64,000 bases of DNA, from contig JBBRLQ010000003.1 in assembly GCA_038231275.1 (NCBI GenBank), positions 172,340 to 236,339 on the forward strand. The letters run 5' to 3'. The first letter of the stretch is position 1; every line of letters begins with the position of its first letter. The notes under the pieces were generated by a model. The model searched no databases, had not been told where the DNA came from, and was given only the letters and a program-made list of their open reading frames with translations. The position numbers and the translations under genes were made by a program. Source of the stretch: Polyangiales bacterium (GTDB lineage: Bacteria; Myxococcota_A; Polyangia; Polyangiales; Polyangiaceae). Below, one piece after another: positions 10,210 to 18,849 of this stretch.

Positions 10210-11763
10210 TCAGCCGAGGATGCGCACCTTGAAGCCGAGCTCCTGCGAGAGCGCGATCATTTCGCCGTAGACGTCTCCGTACGCGACGGCGACGTGGTTC
10301 GAGAGGTAGTGCGCCATGAGCGTCTCTTGCGAGATCCCCATGTCGGCGGCCATGAACGGCCATTCGCGCGTCGTGCCCTCCCACCACTGATCGCGGACGG
10401 CGGGGGGGAGTTTGACGACCTCGCCTTTGCCGACGTCCATCCAGAGCTCGCCCTTTTTGATGTAGGCGCGGGCCCAGGTCATGTTGCCGGGGAGGCTCTC
10501 GCCGGCGAGCGTGCCACCGGGCGTGGGGAAGTAGAGCGACGGTTGCCGGTAGGAGTGCGCGCCCTTCAAGGTCGACGGATCGTGGTTGAACGCGTAGGGG
10601 CCGCACGAGCCGCTGTTCAGGAGGACCCAGAGGAACCGTCCGTCGTGTTTGGCGCCCCAGCGGACGTCGTGGAACATGACGGCCTGGTGGAGCCCCTTCC
10701 TCTTGAGGAGGCGCTTCATCATCTCCATCGGCATCGCGTTGCCCTGATCGGCCTCGGTCGCCGTCGCGACCGTGTCGCCGTTCGACTCGGGGCGGCATGT
10801 GCCGTTGAGCAAGCCCTCGGCCAGATCGCTCGGCGGGCGGAGCGGGATGAGGCCGAGCTGGTATTGCCAGCCGAGGCAGTCGGCCTTGTATTCTGCAAGC
10901 AGGTCTATGACGACCAGGTAGTCACGGAGCTGTTCCTTCGTCGCCGCCTGATCGAAGTCGGCGTTGCCGTTCTCGCCCCAGTGAAATTGGAGGCCCGCCT
11001 TCACGCAGAATTCGAACGCGTCCTGGATGCGCTTGTCGGCGATGCGCTTGCCGCGGTCGATGATCCACGCCTGATCGATCTTGTGCTCGGTGAAGCCGTG
11101 CTTGTTGAGCAGGCGCGGCCCGAAGTACCCGTTGATCATCCCCATCGACGTGTCGCCGAGCATCATGAGGAGGACGCGGCGCTTCTTGATCTCGCCGGCG
11201 ACAGCGGCGGCGTGGGCGACGGCGCTCTCGGAGACGGGCGCGCTGTACCGCACCTGTTCTTCGCCGTAGCGAATCTGTCCGGAGGTGCACCACTCGTCGA
11301 GGCGCGCCATGAAGGTCGCGTCGGTCGTCCAGTCGGCGGCCTCGGTCCACGCGCGAGAGAACGGGCGATCGAGGCTCTCGAGGCACGCGCCGGTGTTGAG
11401 GAGGCCGACGAGGCCCGGCCAGCGTCCGCTGAAGTTGCTCGCGAGGAGCAGCGGGTTGTCCTTTCCGACGACGCCGTCGGTCGTGTGCGGGCCGTAGAAC
11501 CAGTGCACGCACACGCCGATCATCGGATCGTCGATGGGGCCGAGTTTGTCGATTGCCTCGTGGGGCTTCGAGAGGAAGCCGTCGACCTGGTACGGCTCGC
11601 GACCGAGCTTCTTCAGCGCGCGGACCAGCTGGCCTGTCGCTTCGATCATGTTCGGCGTCGCGAGCTCGTTGGGCTTGGCGCGCGCGTCCCCGGGCCAGAA
11701 AACGGCGATCTTCTTTGCCATGATGCGGGAGATGGTAAGCGCGAAGTCGGCCGGCGTCAGCAC
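10210..11763 (-). CDS. L-arabinose/L-fucose isomerase family protein (AraA/FucI-like)
   Basis: 517 aa. Family-like motifs (MLGDTSMGM similar to FGDNMR; C-terminal ..LMAHYLSNHVAVAYGDVYGEMIALSQELGFKV). Last gene of the minus-strand array. Confidence 0.6.
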   Translation of the reverse strand: MLTPADFALTISRIMAKKIAVFWPGDARAKPNELATPNMIEATGQLVRALKKLGREPYQVDGFLSKPHEAIDKLGPIDDPMIGVCVHWFYGPHTTDGVVGKDNPLLLASNFSGRWPGLVGLLNTGACLESLDRPFSRAWTEAADWTTDATFMARLDEWCTSGQIRYGEEQVRYSAPVSESAVAHAAAVAGEIKKRRVLLMMLGDTSMGMINGYFGPRLLNKHGFTEHKIDQAWIIDRGKRIADKRIQDAFEFCVKAGLQFHWGENGNADFDQAATKEQLRDYLVVIDLLAEYKADCLGWQYQLGLIPLRPPSDLAEGLLNGTCRPESNGDTVATATEADQGNAMPMEMMKRLLKRKGLHQAVMFHDVRWGAKHDGRFLWVLLNSGSCGPYAFNHDPSTLKGAHSYRQPSLYFPTPGGTLAGESLPGNMTWARAYIKKGELWMDVGKGEVVKLPPAVRDQWWEGTTREWPFMAADMGISQETLMAHYLSNHVAVAYGDVYGEMIALSQELGFKVRILG

Positions 11764-11778
11764 CGGGCGGAGGCCCGC

Positions 11779-13278
11779 TCAACCGTCTGTCTTGTAGGGG
11801 TTTGGACGCGGCTCGGGGGTCGTGGCCGGCGGCGGCGTCGGGGGCGCGACGGGCGGCGGCGTGGTCGCGGCGGATGGCGGCAGCGGCGGCGGCGTGCCGC
11901 GAGGGGGACGCGTTCGCGGGGGACCCGACGCGTGTGCCGGCGTGCTCGCGCTCGGCTCGGCCGCCGTGGCGGTGGTCGGGGGCACGGCCGCCCCACCGGA
12001 GCTCGCAGGTTCGGCGGCGCTGGCGGCGAGCGGCGGCGGCGCGACGGGCGCCGCGAGCGGCGTGGACGGGACGTCGGTGGTCGCGGGAGCCTCGCGTCTC
12101 TTCATTCGCGGAACGACGACGGCCGCCGCACCGCCCGCGACCACGAGCGCCGCCACGACGGCGATCGCGCCACGCCTGGACCGCGGCGGCGCTTGCCTCG
12201 GCGCGACCTGCTGCGCGGTGACGGGAGCGCCGGTCTTGGACGACGCCTCTTGCGCGTACACGAGCGTGGGCTTCGCGGCGGCCATTCGCGCCGACGGCGA
12301 CGGCGCGGCGAGCGTGGGCATCTCCCCGATCGCCTTTCCGTCGCGAGGCGTGAGGCCCGCCCTGCGCGCGTCGAGCGACTCGCCGAACGAAGACCGCACG
12401 AGCTGCGCCACCTCCCCGTGCGCCGCGAGCCCCACCGGCCGCGCCGCCGCGTAGAGCGCGTCGGCGAGCGCCTCCATCGTGGGGAAGCGATCGTCCGGCG
12501 ACTTGGCGAGCGCGCGCGCGACGATCGCGTCGAACGCGGTGCCGAGCGCCACGCGCTCCGACGAGACGGGCGGCGGCACGTAATAGAGGAGGCGCATGAG
12601 CGCTTCGGCCTCGTTTGCCGCCGCGAAGAGCTGCTTGCTCGCGAGCCCCTCCCAGAGCACGACGCCGAGCGCGAAGACGTCGGCGCGGCGGTCCACGCCC
12701 TTGCCTTGCAGGTACTCGGGCGCCATGTACCCGAGCTTCCCCTTCAGCATGTCGCCGGTGGATGCCATGCCGGTGTGCGCGACGCATTTGGCGATGCCGA
12801 AGTCGCTGACGCGCGAGACCCCGTCGACGCCGACGAGCACGTTCTGAGGAGAGACGTCGCGGTGCACGAGGCCGAGAGGGCGACCTTCGCGATCCTTCGC
12901 CTCGTGAGCGGCGTGCAGACCGCTCGCTGCGTCGAGCACGACGCGCAAGAAAATCGCCGGCGTGGGGCCCGCGTCGCCGACGGCGAGGAGCTCGGCGAGC
13001 GAGACGCCGTCGATGTACTCCATGACCATCGTGACGGACGCGCCGTCGAGCTCGACGTCCCGAACGGCGACCACGTTGGCATGGCGGATGAGCGCCGAGA
13101 CGTACGCTTCTTTGACGAACATGTCGCGGAACGACTTCTGCTCGAGCAAATGCGGATGCGGCCTCTTCAGCGCCACGAGCTGCTCGAAGCCGAGCGCGCC
13201 GCGGACGCGACCCACGTAGACCTGCGCCATCCCTCCCGACGCCAGCTTGCCGACGATCTCGTAGCGGGTCGCGGTCAC
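11779..13278 (-). CDS. Ser/Thr protein kinase (Hanks-type) with Pro/Ala-rich C-terminal tail and a single TM-like segment
   Basis: Kinase subdomains: GxGxxG (GKLASGGMAQVYVG), VALK, HRDVSPQNVL, DFG (SDFGIAK), APE (MAPEY). Probable GTG start at 13276..13278. Confidence 0.85.
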   Translation of the reverse strand: MTATRYEIVGKLASGGMAQVYVGRVRGALGFEQLVALKRPHPHLLEQKSFRDMFVKEAYVSALIRHANVVAVRDVELDGASVTMVMEYIDGVSLAELLAVGDAGPTPAIFLRVVLDAASGLHAAHEAKDREGRPLGLVHRDVSPQNVLVGVDGVSRVSDFGIAKCVAHTGMASTGDMLKGKLGYMAPEYLQGKGVDRRADVFALGVVLWEGLASKQLFAAANEAEALMRLLYYVPPPVSSERVALGTAFDAIVARALAKSPDDRFPTMEALADALYAAARPVGLAAHGEVAQLVRSSFGESLDARRAGLTPRDGKAIGEMPTLAAPSPSARMAAAKPTLVYAQEASSKTGAPVTAQQVAPRQAPPRSRRGAIAVVAALVVAGGAAAVVVPRMKRREAPATTDVPSTPLAAPVAPPPLAASAAEPASSGGAAVPPTTATAAEPSASTPAHASGPPRTRPPRGTPPPLPPSAATTPPPVAPPTPPPATTPEPRPNPYKTDG

Positions 13279-13291
13279 GGGGAGGCGCGCC

Positions 13292-14200
13292 TCACAAGGA
13301 TCCCCGTAGGCCGGCCACGGCACCCCCCGTCGTCGGGGAGAGGACGAACGCGGTCTCACCGGTCTTCCAGCGAACCGCGAACAGCGCGAGCGCGCCGGTG
13401 ACCACGGCGGCGGCGGCGGTGACTCCGAGGAGCACGTTCGTGCGCACCACCGCCGCCCGTCCGTCGTCGACGAGCCCCGCGCACCCGGTGTGCGCGGCCT
13501 GATCGCACCGGTCGGTCACGAAGACGTCGTGCTGCCGGATGGCGTCGGTCCCCGACCAGATCGTGACGCCGCCAACGACCGCGGTCACGCCGAGGCCGAC
13601 CCACACCCACGCAGGCGACAGGCCCCCCTCGGGCGCGCGGGGCGGCGGAGGCTTTGCAGGCTCTGCGGTCGGCAATACGATCTCCTCGAGGGCGCCAGCG
13701 CGGAGCTCGATGGGCCGCTCGATCGCGCGCGCACCGTCGCGAACGACCACGAGGTGCTTGCCCGCCGTGATCCACGAGATCACGTTGGGCGCCACCGCGC
13801 CGCCATCGATCGTCGCGCTGCACGTGCCGCAGGCGACGCGGACGCGGCCCACGCGACCTCCGAACTTCGCGCGGAGCTTGGCCGCGAGATCAACGGCGGC
13901 GCCCTCTCCGTTACGCGCCGCCGCGCGGGCCGTGAGGGTCATGCCGAGCGCGGCGTCGTCGGCGTGCAGCGCCGCCTCGAGCGCGGAGAGGAGCGCGACG
14001 TCGTTGGGCGCGATCTCGTCGGCGCGCGCGAACTCCTGGGCCGCGGTCGCGAAGTCTCCTCGCCGTTGCGCCTCGGCGCCGCGGTCGTACGCGTCGCTCG
14101 CCGCGCGAGAGCGCGCGGTGTCCTCCGCGCGGGCACGTGGAACGGCCGTGAATGCGGCGACGGCAAGCAGCAGACTCACGCACCGCGCGGCTCGGAACAC
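13292..14200 (-). CDS. secreted TPR-like / PEGA-like protein with C-terminal transmembrane segment
   Basis: Signal peptide (LLLAVAAFTAVPRARAED); helical TPR-like N-terminus; PEGA-like stretch (VRVACGTCSATIDGGAVAPNVISWITAGKHLVVV); TM near C-terminus. 13 bp upstream of the kinase gene. Confidence 0.55.
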   Translation of the reverse strand: MFRAARCVSLLLAVAAFTAVPRARAEDTARSRAASDAYDRGAEAQRRGDFATAAQEFARADEIAPNDVALLSALEAALHADDAALGMTLTARAAARNGEGAAVDLAAKLRAKFGGRVGRVRVACGTCSATIDGGAVAPNVISWITAGKHLVVVRDGARAIERPIELRAGALEEIVLPTAEPAKPPPPRAPEGGLSPAWVWVGLGVTAVVGGVTIWSGTDAIRQHDVFVTDRCDQAAHTGCAGLVDDGRAAVVRTNVLLGVTAAAAVVTGALALFAVRWKTGETAFVLSPTTGGAVAGLRGSL

Positions 14201-14219
14201 CGCCGAAGTATACCCCGCG

Positions 14220-15587
14220 TCAGGAGCGGTGTCCGGTCCCGTACTTGGCGAGCATTCGGCCGAGGTGCGTGCGATCGAGCCCGGCGATTCGTGCCGCCGC
14301 CGACTGGTTGCCGTGGGTTTGCGCGAGGAGCGCGCGCAGGTAGACGACGGTGAACCGCTCGATCATCGCATCCTTCAACGTCGCGTACGGCTGCGACATG
14401 TCGAGGAGCTCCGAGAAGACCATGTCGAGCTTGTCCGAGCGACGAGAGAGGACCTCGGGCAGCTCGCCGAGCGCCGCGTACGCGTACACGGCGTTCCGCA
14501 GCTCGCGGACGTTGCCGGGCCAAACGCGCGCGTGCAAGCGGGGCAGGACCTCGGGCGGCAGGCCGGTGAGCCCCGCCTCCTTCGCGAAGCGATTGGCCAA
14601 GACCTCCACGTCCTCGACGCGATCGCGCAGCGCGGGCACGTTGAGGCGGACGATCGCGAGGCGGTAGAAGAGATCCTCACGGTACTGACCGGCGCCGACC
14701 TCCGCGAGGAGATCGCGGTTGGTCGCCGCGACGACGCGCACGCGCACCTTGCGCACCGAGTCGCCGCCGACCGGGCGGATTTCGCCTTCCTCGAGCGCGC
14801 GGAGGAGCATCGGCTGCACGTCGAGCGGGAGCTCGCCGATCTCGTCGAGGAAGAGCGTGCCGCCGTCGGCCGACTCGAACGCGCCGCGCCGCGCCTCCGA
14901 GGCGCCGGTGAACGCCCCTTTTTTGTGGCCGAACAGCTCGCTGGCGATGAGCTCGCGCGAGAACGCGCCGCAGTTGACGGCGACGAACGGCGCCTTCGCG
15001 ACCTTGGAGCGCGCGTGGAGCGCGCGGGCGACCAGCTCCTTGCCGACGCCGGACTCCCCCTCGACCAGGATCGGCACGAGCGACCCTTCGAGCCGAATGA
15101 GCGCGGCGAACAGCCGCTGCATCGCCGGCGAGTGCCCGAGGATGCCCGCGTACTCGGTCACCGGGAACGGGATCTTCGCGTCCAGTCCTTCGGTGTCGGC
15201 GCCGATGAGGACGCTCGGGCGACCGACCGAGATGCGACTTCCCGGCGCCAGCACCATCCCCTCCACGCGCTGGCCGAGGTAGAACGTGCCGTTGCGGCTC
15301 CCCAGATCGCGGACGAGCACGCCTTCGGGCGCGAGCTCGAGCTCGAGGTGGCGGCGCGAGACCGTGGGATCCGCGATGACGATGTCACAGTCCGGCGCCG
15401 ATCCGATGACGCACTTGCCGCTCGTCAGGCGGAACGCCTTGGGCTCCGCCGCGGCGTCCACGCACCGCAGCACCACCCCGAGCGGGCCGTCCATCTTCGC
15501 CGCGCTTCGCGGCATCACGTCGGTCACCGCCACAGCCGCGCCCGGCGGATGGGGCGGCGGCGGCTCGTCGCGAGGCCTTCGGGTCAT
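14220..15587 (-). CDS. sigma-54-dependent transcriptional activator with N-terminal FHA domain (FHA-AAA+-HTH bacterial enhancer-binding protein)
   Basis: FHA core (IGSAPDCDIVIADPTVSRRHLELE..GSRNGTFY). AAA+ Walker A GESGVGKE, GAFTGA, ESELFGH. Sigma-54 contact motif matching consensus GAFTGA. Arg-finger region. C-terminal Fis-type HTH (AARIAGLDRTHLGRMLAKYG). Confidence 0.9.
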   Translation of the reverse strand: MTRRPRDEPPPPHPPGAAVAVTDVMPRSAAKMDGPLGVVLRCVDAAAEPKAFRLTSGKCVIGSAPDCDIVIADPTVSRRHLELELAPEGVLVRDLGSRNGTFYLGQRVEGMVLAPGSRISVGRPSVLIGADTEGLDAKIPFPVTEYAGILGHSPAMQRLFAALIRLEGSLVPILVEGESGVGKELVARALHARSKVAKAPFVAVNCGAFSRELIASELFGHKKGAFTGASEARRGAFESADGGTLFLDEIGELPLDVQPMLLRALEEGEIRPVGGDSVRKVRVRVVAATNRDLLAEVGAGQYREDLFYRLAIVRLNVPALRDRVEDVEVLANRFAKEAGLTGLPPEVLPRLHARVWPGNVRELRNAVYAYAALGELPEVLSRRSDKLDMVFSELLDMSQPYATLKDAMIERFTVVYLRALLAQTHGNQSAAARIAGLDRTHLGRMLAKYGTGHRS

Positions 15588-15608
15588 CTGCCAGAGTCTA
15601 CTTCATCG

Positions 15609-16178
15609 CTACCGGCAGACCGTGAACGGAGTAGGGGCGGAGGTGGTCGTCGCGCAGGTGACGCCGGCGTCGATGGCGGCGCACTCGTCGTAGCTCGCGC
15701 AGAGGATTACGCCGCCCGCGCCGTTGCAATCCTTGGGCGTCTTGCACACGGCGCTCGGCGGCTTGCTCTCGGAGGTCCAGCCCGAGAAACAGCACACCGA
15801 GCCCGCCCCGCAGTTGGCGGCGGACAGGCAGTCGTACACCGAGCACGTGAAAGCTCCGCTGCTGCACTCGAAGGTCGTCGCCGCCGCGTCGCCGCGATAG
15901 CAGCACGTCTTCGGGCTCGCGCACCCAGGGCACGGCGGCTGCGGGCCCGCGTCGATGTCGGCGTCAGTGACCGCGTCGCCGCCGGCATCGCCCGCGTCCG
16001 AACCGCGCGGGCCCGCGTCTCCCTGCGCGTCTACGACCGTCGAGTCGGACGGCGCGTCCGCCGCGGCGTCGGGGCTCGGCCCGAGGTTGAAGTCGACGCC
16101 GCATCCGGCGCACGTCGCAGCGGCGACAATCGCCACGAACGAGGAGACCGGCAAGAGGACCACGTCATTGGCAAACAT
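15609..16178 (-). CDS. secreted cysteine-rich protein, CCY-motif family, paralog 2 (189 aa)
   Basis: Start MFANDVVLLPVSSFVAIVAAATCAGC (signal plus lipobox-like). About 20 Cys; motif TCCYRGDAAATTFEC shared with the adjacent paralog. 14-bp overlap with the upstream paralog. Confidence 0.55.
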   Translation of the reverse strand: MFANDVVLLPVSSFVAIVAAATCAGCGVDFNLGPSPDAAADAPSDSTVVDAQGDAGPRGSDAGDAGGDAVTDADIDAGPQPPCPGCASPKTCCYRGDAAATTFECSSGAFTCSVYDCLSAANCGAGSVCCFSGWTSESKPPSAVCKTPKDCNGAGGVILCASYDECAAIDAGVTCATTTSAPTPFTVCR

Positions 16179-16746
16179 AGAAAGGCTCCCGTGGCTTCGT
16201 GCAGGTGATGAAGCTCGCGGACTTCGGACAGTCCTGGTCGAAGCTCTGGCAGAGGACTTGTCCGGTGACCCCGCCCTCGGTGCCGAGGCACGAGTCGACG
16301 GTCTCGCACGCCGCCAGGAATGCGAAGTTGGGCGAGAGGCTGGGCCGCTTGCAGCACACGCCGGGGTAACACTGGCTCGTGGCCGTGCAGCGGTAGTACT
16401 CGTCGCAGGAGACGGGCGCCGTGCACTCGAACGGCGTGGCGGCCGCGTCGCCGCGGTAGCAGCAGCCGGCGTCGCATGCTCTGCCGATGCAGATGAGGTC
16501 GCTCGCGGCGTCGCGTTCGTCGCCGGGCAGCGGCGCGCCGTCCTCACCGGCGGAGACGTCGGAGCCTGCGTCTGCGTGAGCGTCGGGGCGCGCGTCCGCT
16601 GCGCCGTCCTCGCCGCCATCGACACCGACCGTGTTCGCGTCCGGCGCGGGGTCGAACGACAACATGCACCCGACGCCCACCGTCGCGACCGCCACCATGA
16701 TGGTGACGGCGACGAGCACGCGGCGACGAGGACGAAAGCGCGCCAT
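16165..16746 (-). CDS. secreted cysteine-rich protein, CCY-motif family, paralog 1 (193 aa)
   Basis: Signal peptide plus lipobox (MARFRPRRRVLVAVTIMVAVATVGVGC). Motif GCCYRGDAAATPFEC; about 20 Cys; Asp/Gly-rich linker. Confidence 0.55.
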   Translation of the reverse strand: MARFRPRRRVLVAVTIMVAVATVGVGCMLSFDPAPDANTVGVDGGEDGAADARPDAHADAGSDVSAGEDGAPLPGDERDAASDLICIGRACDAGCCYRGDAAATPFECTAPVSCDEYYRCTATSQCYPGVCCKRPSLSPNFAFLAACETVDSCLGTEGGVTGQVLCQSFDQDCPKSASFITCTKPREPFYVCQ

Positions 16747-16795
16747 TATGGTGAGTCTAGCTCCAGCGGCTGCGCGCGACCTTCGGCATCTCGGT

Positions 16796-18619
16796 TCATT
16801 GGCCGACGAAGCTCCGGTAGAGGATCTTGGCGATCTGGGCGCGCGTGAGGCTCGCGTTCGGCCGGAACGTGCCGTCGCCGTAGCCGTCGATGAGCTGGTG
16901 CGAGTGCGCCGCCTCGACGTACCCGTAGAACGCGTTGTCGCGCGGCACGTCGGTGAACGTCGGCGTCTGCGGATCCTCGGGAGCCCAGCCTTTGCCGAGG
17001 ACGAACATCTTCACGGCTTGCCCGCGCGTCAGCGTGTTCTGCGGCCGGAAGGTGCCGTCCGAATACCCGCCGATGATCCCGTTCGCGGCCAGGGTCTCGA
17101 CGTACTGGAAGCGCGGGTCTCCGGTCGACACGTCCGAGAACGTCGCCCCGCTCGGGCTCGCGAGGGGCAACGTGCCGTAGCGATGACCGGACGCGGCGAT
17201 CGTGCCGTACGTGAGCGCGCGCCCCAGCGCGGTGGCGAGCTCGCCGCGCGTCGGCAGGTGGCCGGCGCCGAAGTTGCCGTCGGGCTGGCCGTCGAGAATT
17301 CCGTCGGCGGCGAGCCCTTCGACGAACGTGTACGCCCAGTCGTTGGGCGGCTCGTCGAGGAACTTCTGGCCACTCCAGAACTCATCGGGCACGCCACGCG
17401 ACGGATCGCCGGTGAGGCCGCGCAGCTTCTGCCAGACGTCGTCCCGCACGGCGCCCCCCGCCAGGCGCGTGCCGAAATGCTTGGGGCCCGGATCGTCGTC
17501 GATCGCGTCGTACCAAAGCGCCGCGTGGACCGACCACGCCCACGGGCTGTCGGTGTGGAACGCCTCGTACGACGCCTGCATCGCCGCGCGCATTTGGTCG
17601 GGCGTGCGCACGCAGTTGTGGAAGACGCCCATGTCGTCGGGGCACGGCTGCGACCAGCCGGTGGGGGGCGATTGCCAGCCGAACTCGGTGACCATCAGCT
17701 CGGTGCGCGTGCCGCTCACCTGCTGGAGGCGGTCACGCACGTGCGCGATGTCGTCCTTGACCCACTGCTTCCAGCCGCCGAAGCAGTCCACGCGATCGGG
17801 GGACGTCGCGTTCACGCAGGCCAGGTCGACCTTCGCGCCGTCGTACGGGTGCACCGCCATGAAGTCGAACGGCATGAACGCGGCGTTCTCGGCGCAGCCG
17901 TACAGGGCCGGCGCGGGCGCGACGCAACGGAACGCGCCCGACGTGAAGAACGGCTCGTACCAGCCTGTCTCGTCGCGCGCGTACGTGTTCGCGGTTCCCG
18001 CGGAGACGACCTTGATGTCGCTCCATCGCCCGCCGGCGAGCAGGTGCTCCTTCACGCGACGCGCGAGCCACGCGGTCATGTTGCCGCCCCATCGGCTGCC
18101 GTTGATTTCGTTGCCGGTCTCGATTGCGTCGGGGTGCGCGGCGTTCGACGCGAAGGCTTCCTGCAGGAGTGGGTCGAGACGGTTCTGCACGTAGTCCTGG
18201 ATGTCGGCGTCGGCGGCCGGGCAGGGGACGTGCTGGCCGGGCGGGCAATCGAGCGGCGCCTGGAGGACGACGACCACCTGGAGACCGTGGGCGTGCGCCT
18301 TCTCCACGAGCTGGCCGAGGAGCGCGTTCGAGAGACCGCCCCAGCCGGCCTCCACGCGAATCCATCCCACGCCGAGCCCCGTCGTGATCTCGCCGAAGAA
18401 CGCGTCGCCGTTCGCGTCGAGGCGGTGCGCGCCGGACTGGTAGATGCCGCCGGTGACGACGCCGAACCGCGTGCCCTCGGCGCCGGAGGCGTGGGCGTCG
18501 AGCGGCGTCGCGCCGACGGCGTTCCCTTCGCCCGGTCCTTGGCCTTCGCAGGCGGCGACGATCGCCAGCGCGACACAGGAGAGGGCTCGACCGAAAAGAC
18601 CACGATTCGGATTCGGCAT
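16796..18619 (-). CDS. secreted glycoside hydrolase (GH5-like/clan GH-A) with three C-terminal S-layer homology (SLH) domains
   Basis: Signal peptide plus lipobox (VALAIVAACEG). Clan-A catalytic motifs (IETGNEINGS; VTEFGWQ). Three SLH-like repeats (..DGYGDGTFRPNASLTRAQIAKILY). Start chosen at internal Met with signal peptide (18619). Confidence 0.75.
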   Translation of the reverse strand: MPNPNRGLFGRALSCVALAIVAACEGQGPGEGNAVGATPLDAHASGAEGTRFGVVTGGIYQSGAHRLDANGDAFFGEITTGLGVGWIRVEAGWGGLSNALLGQLVEKAHAHGLQVVVVLQAPLDCPPGQHVPCPAADADIQDYVQNRLDPLLQEAFASNAAHPDAIETGNEINGSRWGGNMTAWLARRVKEHLLAGGRWSDIKVVSAGTANTYARDETGWYEPFFTSGAFRCVAPAPALYGCAENAAFMPFDFMAVHPYDGAKVDLACVNATSPDRVDCFGGWKQWVKDDIAHVRDRLQQVSGTRTELMVTEFGWQSPPTGWSQPCPDDMGVFHNCVRTPDQMRAAMQASYEAFHTDSPWAWSVHAALWYDAIDDDPGPKHFGTRLAGGAVRDDVWQKLRGLTGDPSRGVPDEFWSGQKFLDEPPNDWAYTFVEGLAADGILDGQPDGNFGAGHLPTRGELATALGRALTYGTIAASGHRYGTLPLASPSGATFSDVSTGDPRFQYVETLAANGIIGGYSDGTFRPQNTLTRGQAVKMFVLGKGWAPEDPQTPTFTDVPRDNAFYGYVEAAHSHQLIDGYGDGTFRPNASLTRAQIAKILYRSFVGQ

Positions 18620-18669
18620 GCGCAGGGGCTCCTTGGAAGGGCGCGCTCGACGTCGCGCGGAGACACCTT

Positions 18670-18686
18670 CAGCAGCCGGCATGCCA
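18670..18686 (-). promoter_or_regulatory. candidate sigma-54 promoter (minus strand reads TGGCATGCCGGCTGCTG) upstream of the SLH-glycosidase gene
   Basis: Matches the TGGCAC-N5-TTGCW architecture, with GG and GC dinucleotides at the canonical spacing. About 40 nt upstream of the 18619 start. Confidence 0.4.
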
Positions 18687-18760
18687 CGACGCGTTCGTGG
18701 GAGAACGCAGCACACTTCAGGTTGCGCCGCGATCCGATTGCGGCATCCACCCCGACGATC

Positions 18761-18778
18761 TGCGGCATCGATGCCGCA
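18761..18778. promoter_or_regulatory. 18-bp perfect palindrome TGCGGCATC|GATGCCGCA, with an upstream half-site copy at 18738..18747; candidate enhancer/UAS between divergent sigma-54-like promoters
   Basis: Exact inverted repeat read from sequence. Lies between the promoter candidates at 18670..18686 and 18821..18836. Confidence 0.4.
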
Positions 18779-18820
18779 GACTCGAAATCGAAATCGTCTC
18801 TATTTTGCCTGAGGATCGCG

Positions 18821-18836
18821 TGGCGCGCGGTGTGCA
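18821..18836 (+). promoter_or_regulatory. candidate sigma-54 promoter TGGCGCGCGGTGTGCA upstream of the 18850 gene
   Basis: GG/GC elements at -24/-12-type spacing. The -12 GC is 14 nt before the ATG, implying a near-leaderless transcript if real. Confidence 0.35.
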
Positions 18837-18849
18837 GAAATGAACCGAA

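Noticed and set aside
10294-16208. Very long plus-strand ORFs (10294..13401, 1035 aa; 13539..16208, 889 aa) antisense to the minus-strand array
   Set aside because: Arg/Gly/Asp-rich translations without motifs. Every position is covered by minus-strand genes with clear kinase, FHA or AAA+ signatures.
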